Assembly: GCF_001194135.2 (NCBI RefSeq)
Contig: NC_068981.1
Coordinates: 105,320,761 to 105,384,760, forward strand
Reading direction: 5' to 3'
Source: Octopus bimaculoides
Lineage: Eukaryota
Length of the DNA stretch: 64,000 nucleotides
Under the pieces are notes generated by a model that was given only the letters and a program-made list of their open reading frames with translations, made no database searches and had not been told where the DNA came from. The translations under genes and the position numbers were made by a program. Below, in pieces: positions 12,928 to 21,727 of the stretch (positions within the stretch are counted from its first letter, which is position 1; every line of letters starts with the position of its first letter).

Positions 12928-12933
12928 TTTATT
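12928..12933 (-). terminator. RPL27 polyadenylation signal AATAAA
   Basis: AATAAA on the minus strand 17 nt after the RPL27 stop codon. Confidence 0.7.
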
Positions 12934-12949
12934 TACTGGAGAAAATATT

Positions 12950-12998
12950 TTAGAATCTTAGTTTTTGGAAAAACCATCTGTTTCTACCAGTCTTGTAC
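12950..12998 (-). CDS. RPL27: 60S ribosomal protein L27 (eL27), last coding exon (YKTGRNRWFFQKLRF*)
   Basis: Matches the eL27 C-terminus; tttcag acceptor; phase consistent. Confidence 0.97.
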
Positions 12999-13352
12999 CT
13001 GAAATAAGAAAAAAATTTTTATCAGACACAGAATGTTTAGTATAAGTTATACCAAATGACATAAATCATCAACTATACAATATCTGCATTGAAATGGTTG
13101 ACAATCTAATCTGTCTGTAACAAACAATGAAATATGTAAGGCTACAAAATAAGAATTATGTATTGCAATGGAATTTGTTCTTTCATATAATTAGATGTTT
13201 TCACTGACTTGCAAGCAAGCAAAATCCATTTTATTACATCTTGCTATTAGAAAAGAATGAAGCTAAACAATGCAGTTGCTTTTTGTGGACTTTAGCCCAT
13301 CAACAGCTCCAACACAAAACAAGTTTTCATAAAAACAAGAAAATCAATTTAC

Positions 13353-13463
13353 CTCTCTTCTAATTTAGCTTTCACTTCTCGTTTAGCTCTGCGTTTCAAA
13401 GCAGGATCTCTGAAAGCATCTTTGTTTACGTGAGATTTGTCCAAGGTGACGTCCACAGAATAC
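13353..13463 (-). CDS. RPL27: RPL27 coding exon 3 ([37 protein letters not shown])
   Basis: eL27 homology; GT-AG boundaries; 111 nt, phase 2/2. Confidence 0.97.
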
Positions 13464-13699
13464 CTACAACATTTCAAGTTATAATTTTTATAACTCAACC
13501 AAAACAGATTTATTCAAAACCTCTTTTCATATTAATTTCTATTTCTCAATGTGGTGGATTCTACAAATCACTTAGCACAAGTAGCAAAAAGGAAGCAGTT
13601 TCCTATTTTGATGGCATTCATCCAATAGTTTCAAATGAAGCCCCCTTTTTACAAGATTAATGTATAATTCCTAAGATAACCAAATTAATAGATGCTTAA

Positions 13700-14911
13700 C
13701 CCTTTCGTTACCAAACCGCCCGAAAAAAAATTTTGGTTGATGTGACCAAACCGCCCATAATCACCTATTCATATTTAAATGAGAATATCCGAGCAAATCT
13801 CGTTGCAGCGAGTCAGAATTCGAAGGATTTTCCACTGAAGACCTTGATAAATCTAACTCTGTAACCGAAAAAAAAAAGCACGTGGTATTTGATAATGAAT
13901 CTGTTTAATTTTCCGAAAATGAAAGCAGTGAATCCGAGAGCTCCAATGATGGCAATAAAGAGAATGAATTAGTACCTGAATGGAGTGAAAATTTTAAAAC
14001 TCCTTTCAGTGATTTTTCTGAAGAAACTGGACCAAGTCACAGTCTTACCCAGGAGAGTAAAGCTTTAGACTATTTCTTTTTGCTTTTTCCGATGTACCTA
14101 TTTGAATTGATTACGGTGGAAACAAACCGTAAAAAAGGATAGTTTGTGGTTTCCCACAAACTTGGAATGAAATTAAAGCATATTTTGCCATAAATATTAT
14201 GGGCATTAGAAAGTTACCTAGAATAACAAATTACTGGAGTAGTGATGAAACCTTTGGAGACGAATATGTCTCAAGTATAATGACGAGGATACGGTTTTTA
14301 AAATTGACTCAATATCTACATGTAAGAGACACGAGCAGTACACCAGTACGTGGATAACCAGACTTTGATCCCTTATTTAAAATAAAACCCCTCATTGACT
14401 GTGTTCAAAACACATATAAAACAGTTTATAGATGAGGATATGGCGGGCTATAAAGGCAGAGTGCGTTTTTGACAGTATATGCCAGGAAAGCCCACAAAAT
14501 GTGGGATCAAAGTTTGGAAGATTTGTGAATCAAATACTGGGTTTTAATTTTATACTGGCAAAAGAGACAGTAATGAATCCAGTAATGTGTACAACTCTTC
14601 TATAATAATATTTTGTTGTATACCCAATTGAATATTAGTTAATAACCCATTTTCTATAGCGATGTTTGAACAAAAATTTTAATAATTTTATATTTTGTTG
14701 AATTTACCTGTAATTAGAGTCACTTTGTGACAAAAATTTTGGTATAGAATTGGTTGAGAACCTTTCGTTAAATTATCTTCTAAAAATCACATTAATATGT
14801 TGATAAATAAAAAAGTTGTTTAATGAAACCAGACTAAATTTATGATTATGTTAGAAATTAATTGAAACACATAAGGGGTGTATTTTGGTTAGAAATATGG
14901 TAACGAAAGGG
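13700..14911 (+). mobile_element. Internally deleted piggyBac transposon in an RPL27 intron
   Basis: TTAA TSDs (13696-13699, 14912-14915) and 14-bp TIR ccctttcgttacca/tggtaacgaaaggg. It carries PGBD4-like transposase fragments (LDYFFLLFP, MGIRKLPRITNYWSSD, DPLFKIKPLID, QYMPGKPTKCGIKVW) with stops. Confidence 0.92.
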
Positions 14912-15434
14912 TTAAGAACTTAAGAGCAAGAAAGAAAAAGAGCATTTTGGAACAGATTTTTATCTTTGATACATGTGACACTATTCCTTATCTATGAAGC
15001 CACTAATGGAGATTCTTCCACAAATTCGCTATTAGTAACTGTCAATCCCTTCTTAAATGAATTTGCATAATTACACACGTAGAACAGCTGGTACATATAA
15101 ACGTCATAAATCCAAAAATCTGAAATGCAAACACTATTTTTTGTTCAGAGCAAACAAAAAAACTTAAGCAATTAGAAACTGGGTAAAATGCAATTTGCAT
15201 TAGTTATAAAAAGAGCTTAAGATGTGTGATTCGCAACAACATATCAAAGAATAAAAACTATCAATCTCTCAATTTTATTACAATTTCTAAAACCCACCCC
15301 CAATAGATACAAAGTTAATGCTGTAAAAATAATTTGTTACTTGAGAATACAATATAAGTTTTAGTAAAATGAGATAAAGGGAAAAAAAAAAAAAAGAAAC
15401 TAAATTGAATGCAAACTACTAACAATAATAATAA

Positions 15435-15525
15435 CATCGAAAAATACCTTAGGAATGAGAACCCAGGTTCAAAATTTCCCCAAGACACCCGAAGAAGGCT
15501 GGAGGGTATATCAGCCGAAACGTTA
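15435..15525 (+). mobile_element. Penelope-like terminal-repeat fragment with a degenerate hammerhead motif
   Basis: ccgaaga-aggctg-gagggtatat-cagcc-gaaac, i.e. CUGANGA / stem II / GAAAC layout with a U4->C change. Related to 45782-45814. Confidence 0.6.
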
Positions 15526-16339
15526 AAAATAATTACTTTTCATAAATATCCAGAAATTTGACCCTGCTTCAAAAAATCCATATCACTTGTTTTGAATAAT
15601 TTTTAAAGTTTGCCTTGCATTCTCTGTTCAATGGTATGTTTTCTCAACAAGTGAAGCTGTGCATTTATAATACCTATTCATATTTTATACAGTTCTTTTA
15701 ATTTATATCACTATTTATATAATTTTTTTACTGTCCTATTGTAAAGAACATTTATTTCTGTATACTATATAAAAAAATTAAACATCAAGAAGGTTTAAAA
15801 ATTGATATTGTATCTCTTATAATGCAAAGGAATTAATCAATCACATGGGGAAAAAAGTCATGTGGTCTGCAAGTTCAACCCCCTGCATGATATTTATTAG
15901 GCTAAAATGGAAGCTCCTTGTTTGTGTGTTTATAGCAAGAAGATATACACATTGCTAAGAAATTACCTATAAATTAGTGTATCAAATGAAAAATACTTTT
16001 TCACCTTTTCCCACCTGGACTGACATTCGCTTTCAAGATTAGTTTCAAACTTTTGTACAAAGTCAGTAATTCTAACCATGGTGGAATTTGAACTCAGAAC
16101 ATAAAGAGACAAAATGTTGCTAAGCATTTTGCCTGGTATGCTAACAATTCTGCCAGCCCACCGCCTTCACCTGGACTGAGATTTCCTTCCAATATTGCCA
16201 CCAGATGTGCAATAAACCAACAATAAGTGTCTTGGAAGCTTGTAACCAAGAATATTTTGTTCACACATGCATGATATAAAATAAATCTAAGAGGCACACA
16301 CTCACAAGTTACTTGAACTGCAAGTAAATTTTTCCATAG

Positions 16340-16473
16340 AGACGTTTCTGTAAAAACGCTATTACTAACAAACCAGTGTTAGCAAAAGTTCCAAGTTTTT
16401 GGTAGAAATTTTTATAGCAAGCACAAAAATTAAATCCAGCTATCAGAAACTGGAAACAGAGTGCAGCACTGCA
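16340..16473 (-). ncRNA. H/ACA snoRNA-like paralog 2 (3' box ACG)
   Basis: Duplicate of 17223-17346 with the same hairpin-1 pocket (GCACTC / ATTTTT), H box ATAAAA, and hairpin 2 with a different but still paired upper stem. The terminal box reads ACG. Confidence 0.6.
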
Positions 16474-17222
16474 TAAAAAGTGTCTTAAAACAGTAAACCA
16501 ATTGCAGTTTTTGTGATTTATAACTTATTGCAATTCTATATCAAAGGTGGTCTTCACTTAAAATCATTTTTAGGTCCCACAAGTGGTTCTGCAGCAAGTA
16601 AAATATTAAATCCATTTAAGAAACCAAGCATAGAATGCAGTTTCATTAACTGTAAAAGGGCATTAAGACATGATTAATATTCAAACAATTCTAGTGTGTA
16701 TATTTATTCCCTTTCACAATCACTTAACCCTGAATGATATTTTACCAACTCTTATACTATCCCATCCACTTAATTCATTTTAGATGTTTGAGTGAACCAG
16801 TGCCTTGTTAAATTGTCATGGAAATACTATTAGCTTTATTAGTGGTGTTAAGGAGTCAAACATATCTAATGGCCACATTGCACCGGATATTTTACTAATC
16901 TAAAACTTATGAATTTAGACTGGTTTAATAAAACTTTACTTAACATATTGCGATTTTTGAAACTCAATTCAACAAAAGGTTCTTAACCAAATGTTTCATA
17001 ACTTTGTCTCAAAAACGAATCTAATTACAGGTAAATTCAACAAAATATTAAATTATTTAAACATCAACATAGAAAATGAGTTATAAGCCAATTTTCAATG
17101 AGTATACAAAATTTTAACAATAGAGAATTGTGCAAATTACTAGATTATTTATTAGTTACAGAGCTTAAAGAGTTAAAGTGGCATACCAAAGTCACTTGAG
17201 CTGCAGACAAAAATATTTTCTC

Positions 17223-17346
17223 AAATGTCTCTACAAACAAGCTATTACAAAGTAGCTTTGCAAAAAATACAAGTTGTAGAAATTTTTATAGCAAGCATAA
17301 AAATTGAATCCAGCTATCAGAAACTGGGCACAGAGTGCAGCTTGCA
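17223..17346 (-). ncRNA. Intronic box H/ACA snoRNA, predicted 18S rRNA pseudouridylation guide (SNORA28/snR80-like site)
   Basis: Sense to RPL27, 124 nt. Layout is hairpin GCAAGC..GCTTGC, H box ATAAAA (17284-17289), hairpin TCTACAA..TTGTAGA, then ACA plus 3 nt. The pocket strands are complementary to conserved 18S AAAAAU-U-A-GAGUG(C/U), with the pocket top 15 nt from the H box. Confidence 0.8.
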
Positions 17347-17384
17347 TATTTCTGCTGTAGATAAATTTTAATTCTACAACTTAC

Positions 17385-17554
17385 CTAGTAGGCATAAGAT
17401 GGTTATAATTGCAAACTTTGATGAATGTCTTAATCTTAGATCTCTGCTTCAGCTTCTTTTTGCTCATGCGTTTTGTCACTTTGCGGGGATGTCGGTCAAT
17501 TCCTGCTACTAAAGCATGGGAATATCCTTTGTCTTGAGTACCTTCATCATAATT
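17385..17554 (-). CDS. RPL27: RPL27 coding exon 2 ([57 protein letters not shown])
   Basis: Strong eL27 homology; 170 nt; GT-AG. Confidence 0.97.
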
Positions 17555-17587
17555 CTGAAATAAATAAATAAAAGCACTTCAGGTTAA

Positions 17588-17802
17588 CCTTTTAGCATTC
17601 ACATTCTGTCAAAAGTAAAGCTTATTTATTCACATTGTTTTGAATAAATCATGCAGTATCTTGCAGCTTTGAGATTTTGATAAGGTAGTTGTCAATTTTT
17701 AGAATGACATTGTAGGGTTGGTTAGAAGCCAGGTCTGACCAGCTTGAGCATAAAATGGGTAGAACATTTTGGTCAGATATAGTCAGTTTAAACACTAAAG
17801 AA
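17588..17802. mobile_element. piggyBac-type MITE, family B
   Basis: TTAA-flanked with ccttttagcatt ends. An inverted family member lies at 50321-50539. Confidence 0.7.
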
Positions 17803-18917
17803 TTAAACATAAAATGGATGTCTTAGTAACTCATATCTACTCCAGTTTATAAATGTCACTGGTTTCAGTTCAGAATATACAAAGATCCCTTTTGTGGTTG
17901 ATTCTTTTCTACTTTAGAAATTTTTAATATTAGAAATGAAAAATTTTCAAAAGCCAAAATCTTACTAGTCTCCCAATACAAAAAGCATTCAAAATTAGAA
18001 ATTGGACAAATGACAATGATCTCCAAAGTCTAACACATTGGAAAACTTCTTGCTTCCAGTAAAAGCCTTCTTACAGAGCTGAAAACAAACAGTCCTGAAC
18101 CAAGAAGATTGTTGATGCAGCAGCTCAACTATTTATTGCAAGAGAGTCAATACTTTATTACTATTATTCTTCTTCTTCACTCAAGAAGAGAACAGGCATA
18201 TAATAATAGATAACAGAGCTTGAAACTTTGATACTGAAATCTACCCAAATTCCAGAATTGAGTGCCATACCATAATGACAAAAGAAACTTTTGTTCAATC
18301 CCAATTTAGTATCTAATTCTGCAAAAGCTTGAAAATTCAACAGATCACAATATTTTATATATTTTACACTTGGAAATAACAAAAAACATACGAGAACAGG
18401 GATTTCAATGTCACTAATTTCAATAAATACCAACAATCTAATACTTGCTTAAACACAGCCAAAACTCATTGGTTAATACAGGAGCAATGAAGAACCTTCC
18501 ATAATATGCTTATACCAGTCCACTTGCTTCCAGAAAGGATGGTAACAAATCAGGTATTGTTACCAAATTCTATATTCTCCTAGAAATCAAACAGTCCCAA
18601 TGAAAACTACACATCCATTGTTATAGTTACTACTAAATGGTTTTTACCTCTAAATTAACATCCAGGTATACACATTACAGAACATTAAGGTGACTGTAAT
18701 CACTCAACCTAATACAAATAACAGCCCAACTCCCACTATTCCTCTCAAATAACCTACAGTTTTAGTAAAGAACATATCAGATAATGTGGTCTGGATTCTC
18801 TGCACATAGGTTGGTCAGGACAGGAGTCTTTTAAAAGTTTGATCAATGAAGGTTGATACATGACTAAATGGCAACTTAAGGAATAATAAATTAATCAACA
18901 GAACAGGTATACAATAC

Positions 18918-18998
18918 CTTAACAATGATGGCTTTCCTGCCAGCAAATCTACCGTTCAGGATCAACACCACCTTGTTGGCTTTCATAAACTTCTTCAT
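18918..18998 (-). CDS. RPL27: RPL27 first coding exon (MKKFMKANKVVLILNGRFAGRKAIIVK)
   Basis: eL27 N-terminus. The acceptor lies 7 nt upstream of the ATG (exon starts at 19005). Spliced total is 136 aa. Confidence 0.97.
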
Positions 18999-19794
18999 TG
19001 TTGTGCTGCAAAAAAAAAATATATATATATATATAAATATATATTTAAGAGTTTATTTTAATAAAAAAAGAGAAATCAAATATTTATTGCAAACAGAAAC
19101 TTTACTAGCAATCCTTGAGATTAGGAATCACTTTCACTTGTCATCCCGTGGTTAATATTTTAAGAGAGATGGCCTGCAAAAAATGTTTTTTGCCCTAAGT
19201 TTGCAGGCATCTCTATCATGCTTGAATTCTTTTGCCTTGTTCAGAGGTACAGGCGTGGCTGTGTAATTAAGAAGTGCACTTCCCAACTATGTGGTTTCAG
19301 GTTCAGTCCTACTACATGCAACCTTGGTGCTTTCTGCTGTAGCTATAAGCCAACCAAAGCCTTCTGAATGTATTTGGCTAAATATGTTTCTCCTCTTCAC
19401 ATTACACAACTGGTATGAGTGCCACCATCATACAAGTGGTGTTGATTGCTTCCTATCTTCTATGGAAACCTGTCCAGTCACGGAGAAATAGCTTGCATAG
19501 AAACAGGTGCAAGTTTTTAAAAAAGGATATTTGGCCATAGAAAATCTGCTCCAGCAAATTGATTGACCACCCAAGTATGAAAAAGTGGATGTTAAAACTG
19601 AGGAGAGGTGCATGTTTGTAATCTCCAACATCACGAATCTGAAAAATTTTGCATTTTTCAAGAAGAGGTGCGAAACTGCATTAGCCCCGAGAATTATTAG
19701 AAAATTATACAAACTGTAGTTATATCTAGAAATAGCAAGTAGGAAGGCTATCTTAGAGTATTAGTAATAAACCACGTGTGTTTATTTACATTTC

Positions 19795-20060
19795 TGAAGA
19801 AGATCGTCGGTTTCCGTAAAATTTTTTATATTTTTTTACATATGGGGTTGGGGGGAACGGGGATCTTTTGAAGTCGGCGTAAAAGCGAAAGAGACGTGTG
19901 TGTGTGTATGTTTGATGGGGTGTGCGAGACAGAAAGGCGGTGTGGATGTGAAGTTCATTGTTAGTATGCGTGAAGAGAGAGAGACAGCTGAAATTTAAAT
20001 TTTTATTCACTTTTTGTAGTGAGTGAATGTGTAAATGAGGACAGAGAATAAGAGAGAGAG
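19795..20060 (+). mobile_element. One arm of a long-TIR MITE family also present at 61015-61676
   Basis: Shared tgaa(g/a)aagatcgtcg.tttccgtaaa...ttttgaagtc.gcgtaaa.gcgaaagagac...gatggggtgtgcgagacagaaag. Confidence 0.7.
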
Positions 20061-20624
20061 GTATGTATGTATGAATGGCTTCAATGACACATATATACAT
20101 AGCTGTACATATGCATATATACACACATATATAAACGTAAATGTATTTGTGTGTGTGTGTGTGTACGTATATATATAGGCATACATCTATCTATAATTTG
20201 CAGTAAATAGATGAAGTTTAGCCATTACTTTATTTCAATTAATGCCAGTTTCGTTAAACAACCACACATGCGGCGGTCACTAACATGTGGCGAAGGTAAA
20301 GAATACGTACACTCGGTGGTTAGGGTTAGAGTTTTTGTTACGCCGAAAACCGATGGTTTCCTTTACCTCTGCCTATGTTTTAACTCAATCAACAACGAAA
20401 GTGGTGGCCTAATCAAGTATTGCCAAGTTGTTTTATATTTTTCGAAGCCATATTGTTTGTTTCGTAATTTAATTTAAATGGAAAAATATATAGGTTCGCA
20501 GTTTTGAAATAGAGTTGAATTTCTCGTTTTTTAAGTGCATATCTATGAATTTGGGGATTGAATATTTAATTTCGCTCAGTATAAACTAGTCAAGTCTTCC
20601 TAAATCACTAATATAAAAAATTAG

Positions 20625-20718
20625 GGTAATTTTTCAGATCAACACCCGCACGATTACCTAACCCTAAACCCGTAACACCCTAGTGAAAATCGTGCGGGTG
20701 TTAATCTGAAAAATTACC
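20625..20718. repeat. 94-bp near-perfect palindrome with a telomere-like loop
   Basis: ggtaatttttcagatcaacacccgcacgatt / aatcgtgcgggtgttaatctgaaaaattacc (one mismatch); the loop contains cctaaccctaa. Confidence 0.85.
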
Positions 20719-21325
20719 AATATTAGAAGCCAGTAATTACATATTTCTAAAGAGTCCCAATATATTTATAAGACACAGTAGCGATAACCGAGCTGGAAAT
20801 ACACGTCTTAATAACTAACCATGTGATAGGAAAATGGTTTGCTTCGGCTAATGTCAATTGGAAATATCAAAAATACGTTCATATATTATGAAGAGGTGAA
20901 TTCCAAAGTTGTGCATATCGTAAGACGTAAATACTGCTTTAAGATAGAAGACATTCAACTTCACTACACATGTGATTCAGCCTCCATTAGAGATTATATA
21001 TAGAAAATATGAACTTTTAAAATTATGACTATTTACCAATAGAGAGGACAAATTTGCTTTCTTTTGTAAGACTTCGTGGAATTGTAATAAAAGAGAAATG
21101 TTAAAATATAATGCATATGTGATGATTGACAACATAAATGCACACGACAGAATCGTAATTCTAAAAATAATTCAACTTTAAATGAATTATAATTTTAAAA
21201 ATATGAACATTAATAAAACATAAACACTTCATTTAATAACAAAATTGCAAAACACAATTAATAATTTGCAGTAAATAGACGATTCACAATGATTTCGTTA
21301 TAAGAGAAATTTTTACCGACATTAC

Positions 21326-21355
21326 CTTGCACACGGGGCAACCGGAAAAGGAAAG
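21326..21355 (-). promoter_or_regulatory. RPL27: RPL27 non-coding exon 1 with TCT initiator / 5'TOP tract
   Basis: Minus strand reads gt-CTTTCCTTTTCCGGTTGCCCCGTGTGCAAG|gtaatg: a pyrimidine tract starting with C, then a strong donor, as typical of ribosomal protein genes. The TSS is approximate. Confidence 0.85.
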
Positions 21356-21727
21356 ACTGACGAGATTTTACGTGAATGAACGTAATTTCACGAAGTTTCA
21401 ATGTTGATATAAAATAACGCTGTAGATGGACGGAAAACGAAAAGTAATTTTCAATGAAATATTGCTATTAAAATTTATAGCAAAAAAATGTTATTGGTGC
21501 CATAAAAATAAAGTATTTTGCGACGAACTTATTAATTAAAAATGATTTCTTCTTTAAAGCATTTAGCATTGACTTTATAGTTAATTGTATTTCAAAACTA
21601 TAGAAAACGGTGAGCTTTTTTTTTTTAAAGGGAGATTACTGTATCTTCATAATTGCACAAAAAGTAAACTACTCACTTCAGGTTAATCTGTAAGTTGCGT
21701 GTTGATAAATTGATCCAAATTTTAAAG
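21356..21727. promoter_or_regulatory. Shared bidirectional promoter / DHX29 5'UTR region
   Basis: About 370 bp separate the inferred RPL27 TSS from the DHX29 ATG; local CpG enrichment. Confidence 0.65.

Noticed and set aside
13022-13072. C/D-box-like TGATGA...CTGA in the last RPL27 intron
   Set aside because: Only ~55 nt, no terminal stem, and no recognisable rRNA complementarity.
21695-21727. Extension of DHX29 to the TTG start given by the ORF track
   Set aside because: ATG 21728 (MGKKKQK...) gives an ortholog-like start and length.
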